A stretch of 64,000 nt of DNA from an uncultured Acidobacteriota bacterium (GTDB lineage: Bacteria; Acidobacteriota; Vicinamibacteria; Vicinamibacterales; 2-12-FULL-66-21), in assembly GCA_963762995.1 (NCBI GenBank), contig CAVXMQ010000025.1:269749-333748 (forward strand). The letters are read 5' to 3'. Shown here in pieces: positions 50,998 to 60,493 of this stretch. The position numbers were made by a program, and so were the translations under genes. Below the pieces are notes generated by a model. That model saw only the letters and a program-made list of their open reading frames with translations. It made no database searches and had not been told where the DNA came from. The stretch's first letter is position 1, and each line of letters begins with the position of its first letter.

Positions 50998-53991
50998 GAG
51001 GCGAACGCGAAATATCCTCAGAGCTTCACCGAATCCAATACGGTCGAAGCCTTCATCCGTGACCGACTCTGCGGCGGCATCACGCATCACACGGCCATCG
51101 GTCCAGGTCTCGCGCGCCGGCAAGGTCGCGTCTCCGGTCTCGGCTGGCACTTTCTCGCGCCGCACAACATTCCTCGCCAGTCGCACGAGGTCCTGGTCGA
51201 GAACCAACTGCGCGAGGCGTTGATTCGCCTCAACCCGGAGATTGCCGCCCAGCCCGACCGTGCAGACGATGTGCTGTACCGGCTGCGGGCTATCCTCATG
51301 GGCGTCCGGAGCGACGGTCTGGTCAAGGCGAACGAGGAGTTCACCGCTTGGCTCAGCGGCGAGCGGTCCATGCCTTTCGGCGAGCGGGGCGAGCACGTCA
51401 CCATCCGACTCGTCGACTTCGACGACCTCGAACGCAACCAGTACGTCGTCACCACGCAGTTCACGTATCGCGCTGGCGCAACCGAGAAGCGGGCCGACTT
51501 GGTGCTGCTGGTCAATGGCATTCCGCTCGTCGTGATCGAGGCGAAGACGCCCGTCCGGGCGAGCCAGAGCTGGTTCGACGCGGCGGTCCAGATCCACGAG
51601 GACTACGAGCGCAACGTTCCCGAGCTGTTCGTTCCGAACGTCGTCTCGATCGCTACCGAGGGCAAGGAGTTCCGCTATGGCTCGATCGGTCTGCCGGTGG
51701 AGTTGTGGGGGCCCTGGCGGATCGAGGCGGACGGGGAAACGCCGGCGCTGAAGCGCATCGAACAGGCCGTCGATTCGATGCTGCGGCCGAACGTCGTCCT
51801 GGATCTCCTGGCCAGCTTCACGGCGTACGCCACGGACAAGAAGAAGCGCCGCATCAAGATCGTCGCCCGCCACCAGCAGTACGAGGCCACGAACCAGATC
51901 GTCGAGCGCGTCGTCGCCGGCCACCCGAAGAAGGGGCTCATCTGGCACTTCCAGGGATCCGGCAAGTCTCTCCTGATGCTGTTCGCCGCGCGGAAGCTGC
52001 GGCTCCATCCGGCGCTGAAGAATCCCGACCGTGATGATCGTGGTGGACCGAATCGACCTCGACAGCCAGATCTCGAGCACCTTCTACGCCGCCGACACGC
52101 CGAACCTCGTGAAGGCCGACAGTCGGGCCGAGCTGCAGCGGCTGCTGACGCAGGACACGCGCAAGATCATCATCACCACGATCTTCAAGTTCGCCGAGGC
52201 CGGCGGCGTGCTGAACGACCGCAGCAACATCATTGTGATGGTGGACGAGGCGCACCGCACGCAGGAAGGCGACCTGGGGCGGAAGATGCGCGAGGCGCTG
52301 CCGAACGCGTTCCTCTTCGGCCTGACCGGCACGCCGATCAACCGCGCCGACCGCAACACGTTCTACGCCTTCGGCGCCGAGGAGGACAAGGCCGGCTACA
52401 TGAGCCGTTACGGGTTCGAGGAGTCGATCCGCGACGGCGCGACGATGCCGCTGCACTTCGAGCCGCGGCTGCTGGAGCTGCACATCGACAAGGAGGCGAT
52501 CGACCAGGCGTTCAAGGAGCTGACTGGCAGCCTCAGCGACCTGGATCGCGACCGGCTCGCGCAAGACCGCCGCGAAGATGGCGGTGCTCGTGAAGGCCCC
52601 GGAGCGGATCCAGAGGATCTGCGCCGACATCGCCACGCATTATCCAGGAGAAGGTCGCGCCGAACGGCTTCGGTGCCCAGGTCGTGACGTTCGACCGCGA
52701 AAGCTGCGTGCTCTACAAGAAGGCGCTCGACGAGCACCTGCCGCCCGAGATGTCGGACATCGTGATGACGGTCAACAGCGGCGAGGACGATTACGCGGCC
52801 TACCGCCGCGACCGTGACGCCGAGGAGAAGCTCCTCGACCGCTTTCGCGATCCGGCCGACCCGCTGAAGATCCTGATCGTCACCTCGAAGCTGCTCACCG
52901 GCTTCGACGCGCCGATCCTGCAGGCGATGTATCTCGACAAGCCGCTGCGGGACCACACGCTGCTCCAGGCGATCTGCCGCACGAATCGGCCCTACGGCGA
53001 GGCGAAGACGCACGGCCTCATCGTCGACTACCTCGGCGTCTTCGACGATGTCGCGCGGGCGATTCAGTTCGACGAGGAGGGGATCACGCGGGTCGTCAGG
53101 AACATCAACGAGCTGGTCGGGCGCCTGCCCGAGGCCGTGCAGAAGTGCCTCGCCTACTTCCCGGGCGTCGACCGCACCGTCACCGGCTACGAGGGGCTGA
53201 TCGCCGCGCAGGAGTGCCTGCCGAACAACGACGTGCGCGACCACTTCGCCGCCGACTACAGCTACCTGGCGCGCCTGTGGGAGGCGATCTCGCCCGATCC
53301 GGTCCTCAGCGCGCACGAGACCGACTACCGCTGGCTCACGCAGGTCTACGAGTCGGTGCAGCCGTCGACTGGCACTGGTAGGCTGCTGTGGCACGCCCTC
53401 GGGCCGAAGACGATCGAGCTGATCCACGAGCACGTCCACGTGGACGCCGTCCGCGACGACCTCGAGACGCTCGTGCTCGATGCCGACCTCCTGGAAGCGG
53501 TGCTCGGCGCGCCAGACCCCGGCAAGAAGGCCAAGGAGATCGAGATCAAGGTCGCGCGATGGCTGCGAAAGCGCGTGCACGACCCGCGTTTCAAGGAGCT
53601 CGGCGAGCGGCTCGAAGCCCTCAAGGAGCGACACGAGCAGGGTCTGCTGACCAGCGTCGAGTTCCTGAAGGAGCTGCTGAACCTTGCGCGGGACGTCGTT
53701 TCAGCCGAGCGCGACGGCGCCGCCGATCGAGCGCGAGGAACAGGGCAAGGCCGCGCTGACCGCAGCTCTTCGAGGAGGCGAGGAATCGAGGACACGCCAA
53801 TCATCGTCGAGCGCGTCGTGAACGACATCGACGAGATCGTGCGGGTCGTCCGCTTCGATGGCTGGCAGAGCACGCATGCCGGCGAGCGCGAGGTCAAGCT
53901 GGCGCTCCGAAAGACGCTGTTCAAGTACAAGCTCCATCAGGACCAGGAGCTGTTCGATCGAGCGTACGGTTACATCCGGGAGTACTACTGA
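50998..53991 (+). pseudogene. hsdR: Type I R-M restriction/helicase subunit (about 4-5 frame changes; start codon unresolved)
   Basis: The N-terminal nuclease region includes ADLVLLVNGIPLVVIEAK. Helicase motifs are HFQGSGKS, MVDEAHRTQ and GLTGTP, plus LIVTSKLLTGFDAP and QAICRTNR. The pieces lie in ORFs 51220-, 52031-, 52578- and 52684-53991. Confidence 0.85.
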
Positions 53992-53999
53992 GCGACGGT

Positions 54000-55021
54000 T
54001 CAGCGTGCCTCGTCGCGATGAGAGTTGATTCGATCAGCTGACCGACCTCGGCTGGGTAGAGCCCGCCAACCCGATTCGGGCACTCGCCTCGATAATGAGT
54101 GCGATCCTCTGTTGCTCAATCGCGCGCCGACCTGCGGCTTGATCATTAACGCAAGAAAGCGCCGATGTTTTCTCGAAAATAGTGTTGAACGTCGGCTTTG
54201 TTCTCGGAGGCCCTTGACGCCGTGGCAGTAGTAGCAGTCGGGCACCGGCTGATCCAAGGTGCCAGTGAGTCGGCCCAACTTACCGTAGTAGTTGATGACG
54301 GGCCTCGGGGCCCGTAATCCGGTTGCCATCACCATGAATTCCGTCACGCCCAGGGACGCCACGATGCCGTTGATCGACACTACGGACGGTCCGGAGCGAC
54401 CGAGGGCGGCTCGGTTGACACCGTAGATCGCCTCGCGATCCTTTCGTGCATTGGGTCCAGCGAGATCAAGCTGCGCTTCCTCGAGATCCAGTAGGCCTCG
54501 ACAAACCAGGCAACCGTACTCCTGCCACATTGAAATACAGATTCTTCCCCCGTATTCGGGTGCGTCACCTGGCACTATGTCTGACGCGAGATCAAATACG
54601 GCCGCGTGTAGGCCGCGCACACCTCGTTAAGAACGAGGCGGGCTCCCTCCGAATCCAAGCAGCCAAATACGTAGTCGGCGTTGATGATCGCGTCAAACGC
54701 GTCCATGCTGACCAGTGAATCGGGAATCTTACGGACGGCGGCTTCAGGGTCGAAAGTCTTGATGATTCGCTCAGCGATATCCGTTTTGAGCGTACCGGGA
54801 ACCGGATCGTCAAATCGTGCTGTGACGTATCGATTGCGATTCGTATCTGAAAGTTCCTCGCTGTCAATGACAGCGAAATCGCGAACGCCTATCAACGCCA
54901 ATTGCTGGATCACATGACTGCCCAATCCGCCGGCGCCCAAAACGGCGACGCTGGCGGCGCGGATCTTCTGCTGACCCGTTTCGCCGAACACCGCGATCTG
55001 ACGATCAAACCTTCCAGTCAT
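54000..55021 (-). CDS. E1-like ThiF/MoeB-family adenylyltransferase (one frame change near 54600; 3' end uncertain)
   Basis: RFDRQIAVFG...VAVLGAGGLGSHV is the Rossmann nucleotide loop. There are two CxxC pairs (GCLVCRG and PDCYYCHG). The start overlaps the JAB gene. Confidence 0.75.
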
Positions 55022-55539
55022 ATCCGTCCCTTTCCAGAGAAGACAGACGCGTTGGTCGAAGACGGTGGCTTCCCACCTCGATGCCGCTCAGGCGGGTCGG
55101 CGTGTTCGCATCATGGAGCCAGACGAATCCGTCTGTACCCACCACGCGCGACTACAACAGCCGCGTATGGGCGTTTCTTCAGACGCCACCACATATGAGG
55201 AACTATTTCTTCGAATCCAGACCAATCGCTCGGTGAAAATTGCGCCGGCCATGGCCCGGTATGCGAATGGAACTCGATCAGGGACGAACCGAGATCATGG
55301 GCGCGTTTAATGATCGATGCTCGCGCCGCATCTGTCAGTTCGAAATGGTAAGGCAGCTGAATGGCGAAGCCCTCCGGCGGGACCGGGAACCACTCGATGA
55401 AATGAAAGACACCCTCGTGAGCGCTATATCGTGCGAATACGAAGGCTGCCTGTTCGTCTCCGTTCAGTTCACGCAACAGATGCTGAAGCAGTTCGTGATG
55501 CACAACGGCCGGCAGTTGAAGCAATGCCTCAGTAGTCAC
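55005..55539 (-). CDS. JAB/MPN (JAMM) metallopeptidase (one frame change at the CCC run near 55139)
   Basis: EFHSHTGPWPAQFSPSD is the HxH...SxxD JAMM motif, with an upstream Glu in NGDEQAAFVF. The GTG start overlaps the E2 stop (GTGA). Confidence 0.75.
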
Positions 55540-55930
55540 GCGCCCTCCTCAAAACGAACGGAGAATCCCTTCGCCCATGAAGCGAGGCTGTAGCCGCGCA
55601 CGGGATCTGGAGTCGCCGTCGGACGCCAGTTCGGCACGTGCCAAGAGAAGAACCCCCACGATCCACTAAACGGCGGTTGTGTCGACGCCGGTTCCGTGTA
55701 GTTGCCGGGGACTTGTCCGTTGAACCTCAGACCGGCCGGGACATAAAAGCCGTACGGCGGCGTGCCGGGAACGCCGTCGGAATCTGAAAAACCACGTCTG
55801 GAGCGTGCAGGTTCCACTCGGACGGCAGCGGGTACGCGGGAATGCGGACCCACTGCCCGTCCTCTCTGTATTCGAGATTCGGAAAGTGCTGCCGGAGAAG
55901 CTCCAGTTCCCTCTCGATGCGCTCCTTCAT
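55536..55930 (-). CDS. Prokaryotic E2/UBC-like protein, cysteine-free as reconstructed (one frame change near 55775)
   Basis: The translation is MKERIERELELLRQHFPNLEY...WVRIPAYPLPSEWN...VVFQIP..FPGTPPYGFYVPAGLRF.... Its position between the Ubl and JAB genes fits an E2. My hand translation contains no Cys. Confidence 0.6.
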
Positions 55931-55934
55931 CGCC

Positions 55935-56198
55935 TTACCCGCGCTTGAAGCGCACCTTCTTCGAGAATCCCATGCCCGGCTTCAGCTCCACGGTCTGCCC
56001 GGGCTGCAACGTCTGCTCGTTGTTGTCGGCGTCGATCAGGATCGCTCCCTGCGACGGATCCCATCCGCCGAGAGTGATCAGCTCCTCGGTGGTGATGGTG
56101 TCTTTCTGCCAGGGCGTCATGTTCCCCTCGATGTCGAGAGTGAACTTCGGGCCCTGGCCGGTGCCCGTGTCGTCTTTGTCTTTGTTGTCGTTGCCCAT
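55935..56198 (-). CDS. Single-domain ubiquitin-like (Multiubiquitin-family beta-grasp) protein ending in Gly
   Basis: The translation is MGNDNKDKDD...FTLDIEGNMTPWQKDTITTEELITLGGWDP...LQPGQTVELKPGMGFSKKVRFKRG-stop. AAGGA RBS. The stop lies 4 nt before the E2 ATG. Confidence 0.65.
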   Translation of the reverse strand: MGNDNKDKDDTGTGQGPKFTLDIEGNMTPWQKDTITTEELITLGGWDPSQGAILIDADNNEQTLQPGQTVELKPGMGFSKKVRFKRG

Positions 56199-56271
56199 CG
56201 TCGTTGTCCTTTGTTTAGGGCTGAGTTGACGAAACGACCGCTTGAACCAGCGGGACTGCCAGTCAACGCTA

Positions 56272-56299
56272 ATTATATACGGCACGCTAAGTGTGTCAA
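56272..56299 (-). promoter_or_regulatory. Consensus sigma70-type promoter TTGACA-16 nt-TATAAT driving the Ubl-E2-JAB-E1 operon
   Basis: On the minus strand, TTGACA is at 56299-56294 and TATAAT at 56277-56272. This is about 75 nt upstream of the Ubl ATG. Confidence 0.55.
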
Positions 56300-56319
56300 G
56301 CAACACTGGGCGTGCTTGA
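56296..56319. promoter_or_regulatory. Palindromic operator candidate TCAAGCA-N10-TGCTTGA overlapping both divergent -35 boxes
   Basis: Read directly. The arms are at 56296-56302 and 56313-56319. Confidence 0.45.
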
Positions 56320-56344
56320 TAGACTAAGCAGTTTCTGGTATGGT
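56316..56344 (+). promoter_or_regulatory. Putative promoter TTGATA-17 nt-TATGGT for the XRE operon
   Basis: TTGATA is at 56316-56321 and TATGGT at 56339-56344. An AAGGA RBS precedes the ATG at 56370. Confidence 0.35.
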
Positions 56345-56369
56345 GTTCTGCAGGTAAAGGAATAAATCT

Positions 56370-56957
56370 ATGGGTCAGACCAAGGATCGGGTGGTCGAGG
56401 CGCCCAACGACGCCGCGCAGCCCGGTGCGCTGGGCGCATTCATTCGAAAGGCGCGACAGGACGTGAGCATGTCGCTCCGCGACGTGGAGGACGCGACGAA
56501 CAAGGAGGTCTCGAACGGGTATCTCAGCCAGTTAGAGAGCGGCAAGATCACGAAGCCGTCGCCGCACGTGCTGCATGCGCTTTCGCTGGCGTTGAGCGTT
56601 GACTACGAGACGTTGATGCAGCGTGCGGGGTACATTCTGCCGACCGCGCAGCGTGCGAAACGTATGAAGCATGGACGCCCCGGGACGTTCGCCATCGATA
56701 ATCTCACCGCCGATGAGGAGAGTCAGCTGCTCGAATACCTCACCTTCCTCAACCGACGAAGAAGAAGTGACCGCATGCGCCGGTCCGACGATTCCAGTCT
56801 GACGTCGCGCCAGCCGGCTCGAAGCCAGAAGGATCCGCAGCGCGCGCTTCAGCAAGTGTCCGTGTGTCGTAGCCTTTACCCGGCGACGGTGGCGCAGGTG
56901 ATGCCGGCGCGCTTCAATTGGCAGGGGAGGGCCGGCCGCCGTGGCGACCATTCTTGA
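56370..56957 (+). CDS. XRE-family helix-turn-helix regulator (true stop probably near 56770 after a frame change)
   Basis: LGAFIRKARQDVSMSLRDVEDATNKEVSNGYLSQLESGKITKPSPHVLHALSLAL is a Cro/C1 HTH. The tail after about residue 130 is Arg/Ser-rich and unconvincing. Confidence 0.7.
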   Translation: MGQTKDRVVEAPNDAAQPGALGAFIRKARQDVSMSLRDVEDATNKEVSNGYLSQLESGKITKPSPHVLHALSLALSVDYETLMQRAGYILPTAQRAKRMKHGRPGTFAIDNLTADEESQLLEYLTFLNRRRRSDRMRRSDDSSLTSRQPARSQKDPQRALQQVSVCRSLYPATVAQVMPARFNWQGRAGRRGDHS

Positions 56958-57593
56958 TTCGTTCGACATCGACAGTCCGCTCCATGGCAAGGCGTTCAAG
57001 ATCGATCTCGCCGAGGGCTTGGATAACGCACATCTCGATTTCATGGAGACACAGTGGGCGCCGGCGATGAAGCGCCAATACAATCTCGCAATCTTGCAAT
57101 TCTTTCAGCTGCCGGCGGCGGATCGGACCACCGAGAAATGGGACGAAATCTGGGGAAGCTCGCCATCCAGGACCATCACTGGAAGTGGCGCACGAAATGC
57201 TCGATCGCACCGGGCACAAATCGCCGTGTTTTCTCGTTACTGAATGCGGGCGAAGTAGAGGCGGCGATGGTGCTCCGCTTCGGCGAGAACTCGCGCGACC
57301 CGGCAACGTCGCTCCCGATTGTGTACGTTGATTTCGTGGCCGTGGCGCCGTGGAATCGAAAGACCTTTCAGCATCCGCAGCGCTTTCGCCATCTCGGCAC
57401 CGTGATGCTCGGCGCAGCAGTCGAACTCAGCCGGACGCTGGGGCTCGACGGCCGTTGTGGCCTTCACTCTCTGCCTCAGTCAGAAGGTTTTTACCTTCAG
57501 ATTGGCATGCGCGACTTCGGACTCGATGCGGCGTACTCATCACTGCGTTACTTCGAGTTCGACGCGCCAGCGGCACGGAGTTTTCGGAAGTAG
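56941..57593 (+). CDS. GNAT-family acetyltransferase-like protein (one frame change near 57155; N-terminus uncertain)
   Basis: The motif-A-like region is IVYVDFVAVAPWNRK...RFRHLGTVMLGAAVELSRTLGLDGRCGLHSLPQSEGFYLQIGM. Confidence 0.55.
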
Positions 57594-57600
57594 GTGACCT

Positions 57601-58556
57601 ATGAAAAACTTCTCACTTGGACAAGCCTGGGTTTCTCGGGTCACGAAAGCGAGCGGCGGGGAGGTGTCGGTCATCGGGGGCGATGTGGGCCAGCCGCCTG
57701 ATATCGCGCAGTTTCACGCGGTGCTGCGCGAGCTATCGCTGACCGAGACCGCCCGAGAGATGGTCCGGCGCAAATGGATTCAACCCAAAAGCATCAAAGA
57801 CAAGGTCGAAGACCGCGGCGATGCCATGTTCGATTTCCTATTTGGCGGCCTGCGCAGCTCCTGGCTTTCGCCATGTTCAAAGGTCGCCGGCTGAGCGCAC
57901 AGCGCGATCTCATTGAGGACATCGCAACGATGGCGTGGGTTGCGCACGTCCTCGACACCGCCCGTGCGAACGCCCCTGGCGTGAAGTTCAAGCCTTCCAG
58001 ACTCAGCGATGACTTTATTCGCAAGCTTGCTAAGTTGAGCACGCGTGACGATGGACCGAGGCGAGCATTGGCCGCGGTGCGCGAGATCGGCATCAGCCTC
58101 GTCGTCGAGAGCGGATTGCCTGGCATGTCCGTCGACGGCGCCTCGCTTCATACAAGCGCCGCCGGCCCCGTGCTCGCATTGACCTTGCGCTACGATCGGC
58201 TCGACAACTTCTGGTTCACCTTAATGCATGAACTCGGCCACATCGCGCTACATCTCAACGATCCCAGCGATGACGTGTTCGTCGATTCGCTGGAGGACAG
58301 CACGAGTGATGAACAAGAGGCGGAAGCCGAGGCTAATGCGTTTGCCAAGGATGGCCTGATACCGCGCGATTTGTGGCTCAGAAGCGATGCCTATCGCTTG
58401 GGCAGTGAACGCAGCGCGTTGAACCTCGCTAACCAGCTCGGCGTTCATCCGGCTATCGTCGCCGGCCGAATCCGATACGAACGTCGCAATTTTCGAATTT
58501 TCACCGACCTTGTGGGCGAGGGCGACGTTCGCGATGTGATCTTCGCGGGCGGATGA
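57601..58556 (+). CDS. ImmA/IrrE-family Zn metallopeptidase (one frame change near 57860)
   Basis: The HEXXH motif is in FTLMHELGHIALH, with a downstream EAEANAFA. This is the typical COG2856 layout. Confidence 0.75.
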
Positions 58557-59637
58557 CCATGTATTCGCCGATCTTGAGAAACAGGCAAAGCGAAATGCTG
58601 GCGTTAAAGCATCTATACGATTCCATTCGGCCTCATGTCATGCCGGTGATCGATGTTGCGGCGCCGACCAAAACCGCGGATCGAGCCCACGGCGCTCAAG
58701 TACGTCGCACGCAACATCGCGCGGACCGAGAAAATCGTAGCGGGCTTTCCCGCCGTGTTCGTGGACTCGAGTGAACTCGATCCGGACTTTCGCCTACCGG
58801 GCGGCGTCCATCCGCTCGCACGGGCGGCCGACTCGGTGATCGATGCGGGTGTGCGTCCAATCGCTGTGACCGGGCTACATCGCGACGACGAGCATCGCGC
58901 CGAGGCGCTGTCGATTGCGAAGGCGCAGGACTTGCCAGGTCTGTGCGTGAGGTTAGATGCGACCGATGTGAGCACCGCGACGCTGACTCACAAGCGCCTT
59001 CGAGACTTGGTCGGTGCTGCTGCGCTCGAGCCTACGGACGTCTATGTGCTGCTCGACCTGCAGTGCCTTTTCGAGCACGACAAAGAAGCGGTCTCGAAAC
59101 AGGTCTTGCGTTTTCTCAAGCTGCTCGAGAGCCGACACTTGGGCGGGCATATTGGTCGGGCGGATACGGGCTTCCGGACCAACTGTCATCGGCGTGCGCC
59201 ACGAACGATCAAGCGTATCTGCGCCGAATCGAGCAGGATGTGTTTAACGACGCTGCGGCAGTTGAGATGACGCACGCCTCGCTGGTTCGCTGACTACACC
59301 GTTTTGTCGCCGTGCGGTTGTCGAACTCGATTGGCGTCTGATTCGCAAGGTGATGGCGCCGAAGGCCCTCTATACACTCGAAGACGTTTGGTTTGTCGTA
59401 TGCGGCGGCGCCTTCTCCAGCCATCCCGACGAATACGAGCAATACTTCTCCATGGCCGATGAGATCGTGGCGCTGGACGAGTTCTGCGGCGCTGATTTCA
59501 GCTACGGTGATCAGTACATTTCAGAACGACACAATCGAGAAGGAACTCCCGGAAGCCCTGGCTCTTGGATCACGGCGTGCGTGAACCACCACGTCAGCTT
59601 CACTGCCGATGCCCACCAGGATCCGGGCCATCACTAG
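58553..59637 (+). pseudogene. Beta-protein / sce7725-like family protein (3 or more frame changes)
   Basis: The N-terminus MYSPILRNRQSEMLALKHL is the hallmark start of the family. The pieces lie in ORFs 58553-58774, 58653-59270, 58943-59293 and 59350-59637. The ATG overlaps the ImmA stop (ATGA). Confidence 0.6.
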
Positions 59638-60269
59638 ATAGGCACGCCGCGCCACTCCGTTCTCTCCCGAAGCTTGCGCAGGCTCGCTTGGTGAAGAATT
59701 GGTGGTTCGACTTGCGCAAGCAACTCCGCCCGAATCGATTTCTTGGTGGCGCTCGGTTTTGAATTGCTGCCGAGAAGATCGGTGAGCAGCGCGTCGATCT
59801 CCTCGCGCCACAGGAGCGAGAGAACCTTCTCGAGATTTAGGCTCGGATTCGTCGCCGGCCGTCGCTCAACGCGGTATCGGATGCGGCCATCGACCTGTCG
59901 CCCCGCGATCATGCCCCACCAATCCGGGATGAGCGGGCGCGCTTTCGCGGCTAGTGACTCGTGAACGAGGAGCACGACGTGATCGAAACACTGGGAATAT
60001 GCCTTCGCCTGAGCCGGCAGGCGGGTGACACTGTCCCGCGGCCCCTTGATTTCAATACCGATCAATCGGTCCCCGATCACCGCGAGATCGATGCGGGCAC
60101 GACCGGAACAAACCTCCATCTCCTCGACCAGGAACGCTCTAGATAGGCTTCGCACTAGTCGCGGAAGCCGAGCTTTCACAGATGTTCGGATGGCCTGTTC
60201 CGTCACATCGTCCGGAGCTTTCTTCGGAGAATCGGCCTCCGGGACTCGCGTTCGCGCTATGGATCTCAT
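59634..60269 (-). CDS. sce7726-like protein (PD-(D/E)xK nuclease-fold candidate)
   Basis: EEMEVCSGRARIDLAVIGDRLIGIEIKGPRDSVTRLPAQAKAYSQCFDHVVLLV fits the D...E.K pattern and my memory of sce7726. I chose the ATG at 60269 inside ORF 59634-60389. Confidence 0.55.
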   Translation of the reverse strand: MRSIARTRVPEADSPKKAPDDVTEQAIRTSVKARLPRLVRSLSRAFLVEEMEVCSGRARIDLAVIGDRLIGIEIKGPRDSVTRLPAQAKAYSQCFDHVVLLVHESLAAKARPLIPDWWGMIAGRQVDGRIRYRVERRPATNPSLNLEKVLSLLWREEIDALLTDLLGSNSKPSATKKSIRAELLAQVEPPILHQASLRKLRERTEWRGVPI

Positions 60270-60493
60270 CCCCTGCAGGAGGGCGTTGCGAACACACAAT
60301 GTCCTGACCCTCGACTCCAAGTGTACCGCCGAATGACGTAAGTCTGGCTCTGGTTCGTCAACAACGTGATCTGCCTGGCGTCCGAGCATTGACGACCAAG
60401 CCGCGTCGGTCCCTGCGGCGCGGTGTCTCCCCGGCCGCGTGTGAAACAGCCGTGCTGTAGGCTAAAGGTTTCTGCCTGGCGATCTGAGGGTAT

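Noticed and set aside
54000-54160. Long basic tail of the E1 ORF (…RKHRRFLALMIKPQVGARLSNRG…)
   Set aside because: It looks non-protein-like. An alternative frame ends with ...ASENKADVQHYFRENIGAFLR-stop near 54160. I kept the ORF coordinates but do not trust the last roughly 50 codons.
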